The position numbers and the translations under genes were made by a program. Below the pieces are notes generated by a model. It ran no database searches. It was given only the letters and a program-made list of their open reading frames with translations, and was not told the DNA's origin. DNA of 64,000 nt from a virus: IMG/VR virus record IMGVR_UViG_3300020229_000001, positions 1 through 64,000 of that record; one strand, 5' to 3'. Positions 26,372 to 36,500 of the stretch are shown here, one piece after another (position 1 is the first letter of the stretch; each line of letters starts with the position of its first letter).

Positions 26372-26770
26372 TTATCGTTTTGAAATCAGGTACCCCGCCC
26401 GCACCCCCGCAACGATCCGCTCGTCCTGAGCGGTCGTCAGCGACAACTGGCTGCCTCCGCCGTGCCATGTCTCAACGCTGGCCAGCTCGGCGAGCGTCCA
26501 GCCTGTGGCGACGCGGACCAGCGTGGCGTGGGTGATTTTGACCTTGTATTTGTAGGCCGACGGCAACTTTTGCCCAGACGCCACTACTACGCTGGCGCCC
26601 TTGCGAGCGCTAACTGGCAGTCCGAGTTTTGCGAGGGCCGCCTCGGACGCCTCCGCGCAGGCGGTGATCTCGCTGGCCCGGGTGTAGGTGTGGGCCGTTG
26701 CTTTGCCGTTAACCGCTAGTAAGGCGGCGGTAATGGCCGCTGCGTTAGAAGTCGTGATTTTGATTTTCAT
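26372..26770 (-). CDS. Early hypothetical protein
   Basis: 132 aa; leader aaccaaatccaaacATG. Confidence 0.7.
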   Translation of the reverse strand: MKIKITTSNAAAITAALLAVNGKATAHTYTRASEITACAEASEAALAKLGLPVSARKGASVVVASGQKLPSAYKYKVKITHATLVRVATGWTLAELASVETWHGGGSQLSLTTAQDERIVAGVRAGYLISKR

Positions 26771-26816
26771 GTTTGGATTTGGTTAGAGGCGGGGGATAGA
26801 ACCCCGCCAGGGGTGA

Positions 26817-27026
26817 TTAGTTTACCGGAACAATCTGCGCATTCTTGTACCTGGATTCCGCCTGGTATTGTGCGAGAGCTTTGTGCGCCAGCACCAGGTT
26901 GCCGCAGTATGAAGTTGCGCCCCAGGTGTCATTGTCGCGGTCCTGGACCACAATTGCGTGGGTGTAGGTGCGGTTGGTTGTGCGCTTCGCGATTGTGCCG
27001 TCGGGGAGAGTAACTGTGATTTTCAT
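26817..27026 (-). CDS. Early hypothetical protein (RT..RTYTHA.V type)
   Basis: Start MKITVT at 27026; same leader as the next gene. Confidence 0.7.
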   Translation of the reverse strand: MKITVTLPDGTIAKRTTNRTYTHAIVVQDRDNDTWGATSYCGNLVLAHKALAQYQAESRYKNAQIVPVN

Positions 27027-27074
27027 GTTTGGATTTGGTTGTGGTTTCGTTGGCCGTACTGCGACCAACTGGAG

Positions 27075-27105
27075 CTATTAGAACCCACGGTTAGAATCTT
27101 GTGAA
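27075..27105 (-). promoter_or_regulatory. Possible early promoter
   Basis: TTCACA-N17-TCTAAT with upstream A/T tracts, immediately after a terminator. Confidence 0.4.
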
Positions 27106-27115
27106 GCTTTTTTTA

Positions 27116-27151
27116 TAAAAAAAAGTGCGCTGCGGTTAAACAGCGCACTTT
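27116..27151 (-). terminator. Rho-independent terminator ending the late operon
   Basis: AAAGUGCGCUG-loop-CAGCGCACUUU followed by a U-run on the minus strand. Confidence 0.75.
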
Positions 27152-27158
27152 CAGCCAC

Positions 27159-27335
27159 TTAGTAGCTGTATGTCGTTCGTCCGTTGCGTCGTCGCTTCAC
27201 CTTTCCGGACATTTTTCCACGCCCTTGGATGTTTTCAAAATTGGATTGGAACTTCGCTTTGTCCACCGGCCTGGGATCGTCTCCCTTTCCAGCGTGAGTT
27301 GAGTAGCATGGCCACTTGAATAGGTCTTCTTTCAT
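27159..27335 (-). CDS. Small basic protein (GKGD.PRP.D...F..NF type; not in ORF track)
   Basis: MKEDLFKWPCYSTHAGKGDDPRPVDKAKFQSNFENI..., ATGA-coupled. Confidence 0.55.
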   Translation of the reverse strand: MKEDLFKWPCYSTHAGKGDDPRPVDKAKFQSNFENIQGRGKMSGKVKRRRNGRTTYSY

Positions 27336-27616
27336 TTGTCGTCCATTGGCTTTGGGTTCTTGCCTTTAAACAGCCCGCCAAGCTTGCTGTTCAGCTTCTT
27401 TTTAGTGCCGGCGTGAATGCGACTATTCCGGAGCTCCTGCTGGGTCTCAGTGATCGCAATGCAACGTTGAAGATGCGGGTTCTTGTGTTTCATAACTCGT
27501 TGTCTCTTTTAAGCTTAAAAGATGAAAGCATATGCCGAGCAAGCACATCTTTGCGTTGCGGGTTTGCCTTCTTTGCGTCTCCTCCAGCAGGCTCATGTGC
27601 ATGAGCTCGAGGAGCT

Positions 27617-27877
27617 TCAGCTCGGCTCGCTGACGGGTTCTTCGTCGCCTGTCTGCTGTACTGGTTCTTGGCTTTCATTTTTCGGAGTGATTTTTTGAAG
27701 CACCGCGGTGGCAACCATGAGACGGAAAGACAACGTATTGAGAGCATTAAGAACATCAGCAATCACCTCTTGGTGGGTGACCTTCTCAAAGTCAATGGCG
27801 TTAATTGTTTGCGCAAATAGCTGCTCCATAGTCATTTGCTTAGGAGCTTCAGGCTGGGTTTCTTCGTTGGTTTCCAT
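27617..27877 (-). CDS. Hypothetical protein
   Basis: Start METNEE directly after the previous stop. Confidence 0.5.
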   Translation of the reverse strand: METNEETQPEAPKQMTMEQLFAQTINAIDFEKVTHQEVIADVLNALNTLSFRLMVATAVLQKITPKNESQEPVQQTGDEEPVSEPS

Positions 27878-27878
27878 T

Positions 27879-28136
27879 TTATTTTCTAACTGAGCGACGT
27901 GCCGGAATTCGGGCAGGTTTGCCTGGCATCGTGATTTTCTTTTCGTCTGTCTTAACTTTTTTTGCGTCGGCGGCACCTTTGTCCTTTGTTGGTGATTTGT
28001 AGGGCTTTGCAGCTTCCAGGCCGATACGGATTTCCGGCGAGCCGGTGTTTAACGAAACGCCAGAGTGGGTCTTTTCGGGCGCCTGGTAGGACGCTTTACC
28101 AGGCGTCACGGGGGTTTTTTTAGGTGGGAATCTCAT
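27879..28136 (-). CDS. Lys/Pro-rich basic protein
   Basis: 85 aa, coupled. Confidence 0.5.
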   Translation of the reverse strand: MRFPPKKTPVTPGKASYQAPEKTHSGVSLNTGSPEIRIGLEAAKPYKSPTKDKGAADAKKVKTDEKKITMPGKPARIPARRSVRK

Positions 28137-28354
28137 TTGTAATTCTCTTTTTCTGTTAACATTGTCTCAGCAAGCTTGAATGACTCTACAGAAGCGTCGG
28201 ACGAGTCCCATCCGGCAGCAAGCAGGCCGGTAAGAGCTGCCGCCGCAAAGTAGTCCAGGATGCTCATGCCGCTGTTTGATCGCACCGCCGCATTGTCTCG
28301 GTCGCCAGGGTAAGCCTGGACAGGAAAAGCTGGGTAGATAGGTATTCGTTTCAT
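28133..28354 (-). CDS. Conserved small phage protein (PAFP...GMS..DYFAA.A type)
   Basis: PAFP, GMSILDYFAAAALTG, A..ML motifs. Confidence 0.75.
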   Translation of the reverse strand: MKRIPIYPAFPVQAYPGDRDNAAVRSNSGMSILDYFAAAALTGLLAAGWDSSDASVESFKLAETMLTEKENYK

Positions 28355-28357
28355 TTA

Positions 28358-29059
28358 TTAAAAAAGTCTGTTTAGCCAGAGCGTCCTGGCTCCAATCGGG
28401 TCGATCAGAGGTTTTCCGAGGCGCTCGTTGACATTATTATGCAGACGCACCGACCAGTCAAACAGACGAGTGTAGTCCGGCGGGTCGGCAGCCAGGAAGG
28501 CTTCCAGGTGCGCTTTGCACGGGCACCCGTCAAACGGGAGGTCTCCCATCCAGTCCAGGAGCCAATGGTGCATATACCTAGGTTTCCCTTCGTGCCGGAG
28601 CGCGTACAGGTGCAGCTCCGCCCAAAACCTCGGGCCGGCCAGCATGATTTGGCTCTTCCGGCTTTCGCCGCGGTCGTAGATGCGCTCAACCTCGTTGCCG
28701 GCGTTGATGACCCATTGGTTATGGGCGTCCCAATCAGTTGAGAATGACATTGCGACCGTTTTCTCGGTCAACATGGCCGCCTGGTGTTGGATATGGTACG
28801 GCGCCTTGGGATCGTCGCCAGGCTCCTCGAGCTTGGGATGATCGGTGTCAAATTTGGTGACTTCCTCGTCGGTGATCCCGTCGCGCTTACAAAGCCATGC
28901 TTCGACAAGCTCATGCAGGGCCACCAGGAGGGCGCTTTGGTCCTGGCCGCCGTAGTCTGGCGCCGTAATCTTCAGCGCGCCGTCTGGGAGCCATTCCCAG
29001 TCGCCGGCTGTAGGATAACGCATGGCCGACGCGTCGATGGTCTTAATCTCAATCCTCAT
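28358..29059 (-). CDS. Fusion of a zincin/metal-binding-like domain and an Erv1/Alr-like sulfhydryl oxidase domain
   Basis: N-part RYPTAGDW...LHELVE...EPGDDP.APYH.QH; C-part FWAELH...LP.DGCPCKAH...FDWSVRLHNNVNERLGKP. Confidence 0.7.
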   Translation of the reverse strand: MRIEIKTIDASAMRYPTAGDWEWLPDGALKITAPDYGGQDQSALLVALHELVEAWLCKRDGITDEEVTKFDTDHPKLEEPGDDPKAPYHIQHQAAMLTEKTVAMSFSTDWDAHNQWVINAGNEVERIYDRGESRKSQIMLAGPRFWAELHLYALRHEGKPRYMHHWLLDWMGDLPFDGCPCKAHLEAFLAADPPDYTRLFDWSVRLHNNVNERLGKPLIDPIGARTLWLNRLF

Positions 29060-30324
29060 TCGTTAAACACGCTGAGGTTGAGCTTCTCCATTTCCTTGAT
29101 CTGCTCTCGCACCTGCTCAATGGCAGAGCTTTTTGACTCGAGGTAGTAACCTTCAACCTGCTCTGCGTTCTCTAAAGCGTGCGCAAACGCGTCTTCCATT
29201 GTGTCGCCCAGGCCGATAACAGCGCCTATCTCCGGCAGCCCACAGTCCTGGGGGATGCAATAAAAGCCGTCCTTGTTCTTGTAAACGTTCCGGAGCTTAA
29301 CAAAATCCCGGATCTCGTCGGGGAATTTGACCTTCTGCCAATTCTGGTCCGCCCAGGACGAGTGGAGCATGATCTCGGCGCCATAAATGGCCGTCGGCTC
29401 AGGATCAACCACAACGCCGTTCGCTCCGTACCACATACACTCTGCCAGGTTGGAATACTGCTCCTGGTAGAGCTCGTTTGGAGGACTCGGAGCCCTGGCG
29501 CAGAAATCGATCATGTAGGGATCCATGTCTTTCCCGATCCGGATCTCGGTCGAGAAAAAGCCGCGGTATCCGTAAGCCTCGAAAACCGGCTTCATCGCCT
29601 CATTAAAGCGAGTTAAAGGTTCCGGAAGGTCGGCGTAGTTTTTGAAGACGGAGGCGAACCCGCAATCCTTGATCTCCAGGCCGGAGATGAGCGTATTCGG
29701 AAACTGGCCGTCGATTGTCCAGGCATCTGTCCCAAACTCAACGCGGTCGGGAAGGTCTTCCTCGACAATAAATTTGAGGTCATGCTTGAGCGGCCCGAGC
29801 TTGTACTCGACCTCGTCCAGTTTTGGCTCCACCTCTTCATACGAGGGCGCCTTGAATGTTTCAAAAGTGCCGCGGTACTTGTCGATCTTGACGTGAACGT
29901 CGTCGTGCTCCTTCAGGAAGGAGCGCAGGTTGTCCATGCCAGTGATTTCCCAATACTTGCCAACAGGCAGGCCGGTGCGCTCGATAATGCGCTTCATGCC
30001 GGCGCGGTCCAGTTCCATTTCCTCGCCCAGGCGAGAACCCCAGACAACCTTACCCATCCGGTCCAGCATTCGCTGCTCCCATCCAAAATAGATATCGGGG
30101 AAGCAGAAGAAATCGACGTCGTCAAAATGCGGGCCGTAGATGGAATCAACCAGCTCCAGGCCGTCCAACCCCTTGCCGATCCAGGCGGTGTTCAGCTTGG
30201 CAAAGGCGCACTCCCAGGGGCAATAATAGTAAACCTTTTTGAAGGTCTTGCTTAGTTTTAGCGCAAGTTCAACAAACAGGCCGTTGTCTACGACAAGACA
30301 GACTACGTCTTTTGGGTCTTTCAT
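29056..30324 (-). CDS. ATP-grasp ligase, PurD (GAR synthetase)-like
   Basis: MELDR..MK.....GLP, HVK, FIVEE, GYRGFFSTE, YMIDFCAR.P.P, GAVIGLGDT.E.A...A; three-domain GARS layout, 422 aa. Confidence 0.78.
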   Translation of the reverse strand: MKDPKDVVCLVVDNGLFVELALKLSKTFKKVYYYCPWECAFAKLNTAWIGKGLDGLELVDSIYGPHFDDVDFFCFPDIYFGWEQRMLDRMGKVVWGSRLGEEMELDRAGMKRIIERTGLPVGKYWEITGMDNLRSFLKEHDDVHVKIDKYRGTFETFKAPSYEEVEPKLDEVEYKLGPLKHDLKFIVEEDLPDRVEFGTDAWTIDGQFPNTLISGLEIKDCGFASVFKNYADLPEPLTRFNEAMKPVFEAYGYRGFFSTEIRIGKDMDPYMIDFCARAPSPPNELYQEQYSNLAECMWYGANGVVVDPEPTAIYGAEIMLHSSWADQNWQKVKFPDEIRDFVKLRNVYKNKDGFYCIPQDCGLPEIGAVIGLGDTMEDAFAHALENAEQVEGYYLESKSSAIEQVREQIKEMEKLNLSVFNE

Positions 30325-30590
30325 TTGCAGTTCCAGCGTTTAAGTGATGCGGCTTTACGGGTTGGGCGACCCTTTTCGTCTTTCATCGGACCGGGATTGC
30401 CGCTCATTCTAGCGCAGAATGAAGCCTTTCTGCCAGCGTCGGCCTTGGTCTTTGGGTGCGGCGCAGGCGCCTTCAAGTTGCTGCCAGTTGCCGCGTTGAT
30501 TTTGGCTCGGCCCTTGGCTGTTAGCCCGGCGCCCCGGGAAACAGGAAGCTTATCTCCCTTCGATACAGATAGTTTTGGTGTTTTTGGCAT
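30321..30590 (-). CDS. Basic DUF6321-like phage protein
   Basis: GLTAKGRAK.N..TGSNLKAP...RKASFCARMSG..GPMKDEKGRPTRKA.SL.RW.C. Confidence 0.75.
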   Translation of the reverse strand: MPKTPKLSVSKGDKLPVSRGAGLTAKGRAKINAATGSNLKAPAPHPKTKADAGRKASFCARMSGNPGPMKDEKGRPTRKAASLKRWNCK

Positions 30591-30591
30591 A

Positions 30592-33500
30592 TTATTCTTC
30601 GTCTTCTCCTTCAGCTTCTTTTCGCAGTTTTTCTGCCGCTTTGATTGCTTTTTCTTTTTCCATCAATTGCTTCATTAGCCCCTTATTGGGAGACTTAACG
30701 CCAGTGAGGTTTGCCTCATCGGCCTCGGACAAGAGTCGCACTGTTTCCCCTTTACGATCCACTTGGAACAAACCTCCAGCTTGGATGATGTCCAAAGAAA
30801 ACTTGGCGGCGTCAGCGTAGTCCGCTGGCTCTGCTCCGCTCGTTGCCGCCCCGTACTTGCCAAACAATTCCTTCTCGTTAAACCACAGGGCAGCCTGCAT
30901 ATCGGCAATGGTAACAACAATCCCGGCTTGAGCAAGCCTAGCCTGAGCCTGCTCCATCGTTGTCTGCTGAAACGCCCGCTCGTTACTGGCCCGAGGTGCG
31001 CCAAGCGGCGTTGTGCGATCCTGCACCCAATTCTTGGCGGCTCTTCGTAATTCGGTTTTTCCCTTGAAGCTGCCAGTTCTGAATACTTTTTCAAGGTGCT
31101 CCGCAAACTCAAGCATCGCGCCGCTGTCTTCTAGTAATTTGTGGAATTCTTTTTTCGACCATCTGGGCGCGTCTTCTCCGTAAAGGTAGGGCTCTTCAAC
31201 TCCTTTTTTAATGAGCACTCGGTCGGTATATTCCTTGCCTTTTTTGAGCGCCTGATTTCTGTTGTATTCCTCAATCAACGAGTCTTGAAACCGCTCAAAT
31301 TGATGCCCTTCCTTGAGAGGATCATACTTAAATGAGCGACCAAGAATTCGATTCCACGTTCTGGTATACCAAAGGTCGGCGGTTAGCGTTGAGTAGTCGC
31401 CGTGGAGGTTATTAATGAAAGATCCGATCTTTGGCCCAAAGACCATAAACCCGGTCACCATTTGATTTTTGCCGCCCTCAACAGACAGCGGCTCCCCGTT
31501 GTAATACAGGGAGGTGTCTTGCTTCAGATTCTTGTTCCAATTTGCAACAGTGTCCGTTTTGAACAAAAGGGCTCGGAGCTGACTTGGGGTATGCCTTGTC
31601 AGCAACTCGTGCAATTTCAGTATGTTGTTTTCAATCGCGGCAGTTTTATCGCCGAATGTGCCATGCAGTGCGGTGACAATTTCTGGAAGGGTTTTGCCAT
31701 TTTCTAACATTAGCGTTACCCGAGTTGCCATTTTGCCATTCTCGAAGACGTCGTTGCCCTGAGACGCAATCCCGAGAACCGCATCGAAAACAAGGCTCTT
31801 GTCTGCGTCGTGCTGGGGAGACCCAACCTCGAGCCACGGAAAGAGTTGCGAGTACATTCCCTTCATCCGCTTCAGGGCCGCGTCGTACCATCCAATTGCG
31901 TTTGGAGACTTTGGATTCAGCGCGGCCCTCGCCATGTGCTGCTGAACCTCGTCGGCCACAACTGACGAAATGATATCCATCGCCCTCGGGCTATAGTCTC
32001 CGGGCAGGATTACCCCATCACTGGCCGCTCGATTCTGCAACGCATGAATCATGTCCGGGACGGCTGTCTCCCGCTTGCCTGCAAGCGTGTACGTTGACCT
32101 CACGGGCAGGATTTCGGTTCCTGCCAACAGCGGACTGGCGCTCCGGGCCATTGGGTCTACCGGGTACAGCTTGTCCTTTATGTACTTGGCGTCGGAGTCA
32201 CTGAGTCCGTACCGCTTGGCGTAGAGGGCTGGGTCGAAGATGTAGCCTTGCGCGGCTGCTGCCTTGGCGTAGTCGATAAGAAGGCTATCGATACTTCGTT
32301 GTAGTAAGGACTGTCCACCGGAAGTGGCTTGAAGCCAAACCGGGAGAACTCTCTGGTTGTCTCTTCCCTTGAATATTTTTTCAGTTTCATAAAGCTCTGA
32401 GGCTACAATTGTTTCGTATGATTGATCGATTGATGCTGATTTTTGGATTTCACTGAGCTTGCTGGCAAAGTCCTCGGTCCCAAAGTTGAGTGCCTTGATG
32501 CCCTTGCCGTCCGTTGTCGTAGAAACGTCTACGCCAACTTCTCTCGCTTTGTCAAAAGCCAACTTCAACTGGTCGTCGGTGAGCTTTGTAGAATGGATCA
32601 GGTATGCTGCCTGAGTGCCTTCTTTAAGGTCAATTGACGGCTTGTAGGTGATGCCAGCGTCTTGAGCAAAAGCAAGAGTTAGAAGCTGAGTGATTTGCTT
32701 TGCCTTGTCAAACGTAAGTTCAGGATGAACCAAATCAAAAGATGGTTCTACCTTCCCCTGCCACGTTCCTGCAATCGGCCTAATCTCCAGACCATCAAGG
32801 CCAAAGAAGTCTTTTAGTATCCCGTTGAAGCCATCGGATTTCAGAATGTCATGCACTGAGTCTCCAAGCTCTGCCATGCTGCGAATTCCAAGCGGATTGG
32901 CGGTGAATGGAGCAGGGGTTGCCTTTAGCGACACCTCTTCAAACGACCTGTTTAGCTTTTTGACTTGAGCTTTCCACGCGGCGTCTTCCGGGCTCATGTT
33001 CTGCATCTTTTCCGGGAACTGCGAGCGCATCTCTTCGATCTGGGTGTCGAGCGCGGCAACCTTTTCCGCATAGGCGGCCTTCTTTGCTTCAAATTCCGCC
33101 GTTTTTTCAGGCTTCTTTGCGTTCTTAGCCGCCTCGTCTGCCTTGGCAAGCAACTCAAGTTGGCGTTGTTTTTTAAGCTGCAATTCGCCCCATGTTTCAA
33201 CTGCTGCCTTTTGGCCGGAAACCGTTTTAAGCTGATCTCTTAGCTCGGATGCCGTTCTGTAGGTGTAACCGTGCTCACCGGGCTTGGCTCCAATCACAAC
33301 GCTGAACATCCCGCGTTCATCAGTGATGGTTTTGGGAAGCGGAGCAATTGACGCAAGAGCAGGCAGACGCTCTTCCTCTTTTGGCTCTATTTTTATGCCT
33401 TCCAGCGCCCCGGGAATATTTTCGTTGTCCGGCATAAACCGCACCTGAGCACCTTCAAGGGCTCCCGAGGCGCTGGGGTCGGTTAGGAATGGTTTAATTT

Positions 33501-36500
33501 CGTCGTATTTTTCACGACTGATGGAGCCATTCACCATTTTAGTAAACAGCTTTCGATTAAACGCCTTGATGTCATTGGCATCCGATGCATTTGCATAACG
33601 CATTGGCACATCGATGACAAAAATGGCCTCCTTTCCATCGGGGCCAAGCCCCGAAACCACATTTCCTTCGTGGGCATCTCGCAAAAATGTTTTTGCCTTT
33701 GGATTGTAGAATTCAAAAAGATTGCCTCTTACTATCCTGAAAAAGTTTCTTTGATTTAAATATGAATCAATTTGGTTAATTGATAACGGGTCTAAAATTT
33801 TGACGTAAGGCTGCTCCGTGACAACATACGCACCGGGATCAGATCCCGTTACCCTTCCAGTAACAAGGTCTGAAAAATTTCCCTGAACATTGGCTTCCGA
33901 TTCCTTTGCTTGATCGTGGATTCCCTTAACGGTGATTTTTGTTTCAGGGAAAAACTCATTGTGCAGTCGAATTCGGTCGAAATAATCACCCCAGTTTTCT
34001 TCAAACATGGGAATATTTGTCCGCTTTTCAACTTTGCCATTTTCATTTCCAAGAATGACTTGATGCTCGGCCCCTGATTTATACCCCGACGCCCTCCACC
34101 TCTCGAGAAAGTCCCGATGATCCAAAAGCGCCCCGTGCTGGCGTGCTGCATCAACTAGACGGGTGTCTTGCGCTCGCTTTGCTGCCTCTGACGCACGGCG
34201 ACTTTCAGTTTCTCCTCGAACCTGTTCTGATTCTGAATCCTTTCCTCTAACGGAACGCTCGAAAACACTTCCGAGATTCTCACTAGGTGCTCTCGACCCT
34301 TGTTTGTTTTGGCTGCTTCCTGCTCTACTAACCTCTCCCTCTCTGCTCTGTCTGGAATTAAGTATTCGTTCATATTCTTCTTTTTCGGCAAAATCGCCAG
34401 ATTCTTTAGGATTACCATCAGGCATAAATCGAGCCTGACCGCCTTCCACAGAGGAGCGCATCTCGGGAGTAATGGCGACTTTCCAGATTTTGGGATTTTC
34501 TCCAATCTCTACAACTTCTCCACCTTCTCCGCGTCCCCGGTTGTTAAGCGCAACAACTGCGTGAGAACGGTTGGTGAACGTCATTGTTGGAGCGATATTT
34601 GGATTTCCTTGAATGACGTACTCTTTCTTGCCTTCAACCTCACCCGTTTCAACTTTAGCACCCCATTGCTTGACGTACTTGCCAATTTCATTTGGTAGGA
34701 TTTTGTCGTAAAAGCCTGTCATGCCTTCGCCGCCAATATCAAGGTCTAATCCGTCAGCTTTTGCGTATGCCGTAACCGGATCTGATTGAGAATTGAGGTC
34801 AGCAATAAGCTTTTCTGCAAGTGGCTTCCCTATTGTGTCAGCTACCTCCTGAGCAGACAGTCCGGGTTTATTTATTACTGATACAGGAAGGTTTGATCCA
34901 TCTGTGTTTTGGTATGCACTGACATGATACTTTCCGTCACCGTCATTTATTAGGTCAATGGCTGAGACATGTTTACTTAGGGAATACCGATCAGCTTGCG
35001 CTTCTCCTCCGGTCCAGCCAATCCAATTCTTGCCGTCAGCAACAGCTTTTTGAAGTGCGTGCTTGAATAGTTGAATGGGCCAATCTTTGCGGAATGGTGC
35101 GTCGGCAACGCCGTCTTGACGCATTGCTCCTGCGTTCATTAAGGCTGTCCATTCCTTGCGCTCTTCAGGTGTTGCCGCTTGCCCTTTTGCTTCAATTTCA
35201 CGCACCCTATTATAATCGCGAAGTTGTTCATTTTTGTACCCTCTTTTCCTAGCCGCCTGATGCAGATCAGATTGCAACTCTTCAATCAGCCTGCCAGTTC
35301 CAAAGTCTTGAGTGCGCATATGCGCAACATAGTTTGGAACGTCTGGAAAGTGGCTTGAGCGAAACTCTCCAACTCCAACAACATCGCTTTCTCCCCTGCC
35401 ATCAATTCTGGCTTGATCTAATGTGTCATAAGTGCCTTGTTCTCCATCAATAAATTCAACATCAAAAGATCCATCGTTTAATTTTTTAAATGAAGCAATT
35501 GGGTCAATTTCTGTTTTAGACGGCATTCTAAGAACAACCTCTTCGTAGTTTGTGCCGCCGGGAAGCTTGTATTTGGAGTATTGCGTCTCGTCTTCTCCGT
35601 ACTCAGAATCGATTTGGTTGGTCTCAGAAACGAACTCTTCCGCTTCTGGTCTACTCATCCCAAACATTTCCATTGCAGATTTCTCTGCTTCCTCAATTGT
35701 GTTAAATTTTGCAGCGCCTCCCCACTCTTCAGCTTCAGAGTAGAACTCGCCTTCAAAGGACTTTGCTTCTCGCATCCTCTGCGTCTCAAACTTTGCAACG
35801 TAACCGTCTTTCAAGAACTGCTTAACGTCATCTTTCGTGACATATCCTTTCTCCGCCTGCGCTGCGTCAATAAACTGATTGATGCCGCTCCATTTCATTT
35901 CGTCAGGCTTCACGCCACTACCCTTCTGCGGGTCCAGAATGCCCCTTATTTGCTCCGCACTGGCCCGATTAGGCATCTTGTTTAATAGAACCCGTCCAGC
36001 CTTGCTGTAGAACCCGGGGGCGACCTTTGTAGGGTCTTCCTCACGCTCTGGCATGAAGCGAATGCCTGACGGGATTTTGCTAGATGCCCACATGCTCCCG
36101 CCTTGCGGATCTGGTCTGCCAGTTTCCGTATCAAATAATTTTTCTCTTCGTAATGTAGCCTGTTTTGATATTGGCTCTCCGTATAGTTTTGTTGCACCAA
36201 TGCTTTGAGCATATTTTGCAATTTCTCGGTACAAAGCTTCTCCGTATCCTTGTTTTTCAAACCCGGAAGAATTGGCAGACAGCACCACCTTCAGGAGCTC
36301 TGGGTCATACGGATCTCTAGTGACAGTTGCGCTAGCCGCAACCTTGTTAGACATTTCCGGGTAAATGTAAATGTGCGTGTCTGGGTCTTCTTCAATTTCC
36401 TCAACTCTAGATTTGTATTTTGGCAACCTTGCCTTCATTACGTTCAGCTCTTCTTGAGTTGGTACGCGACGGTATTCATCTTCCAATTTCTCAGGTATAA

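Noticed and set aside
29056-30324. Ordinary purD auxiliary metabolic gene or PurZ (Z-genome) system
   Set aside because: It lacks the PurD N-terminal GxGGREH motif, has no other pur genes, is not PurA-like, and no DNA polymerase or dATPase was seen.
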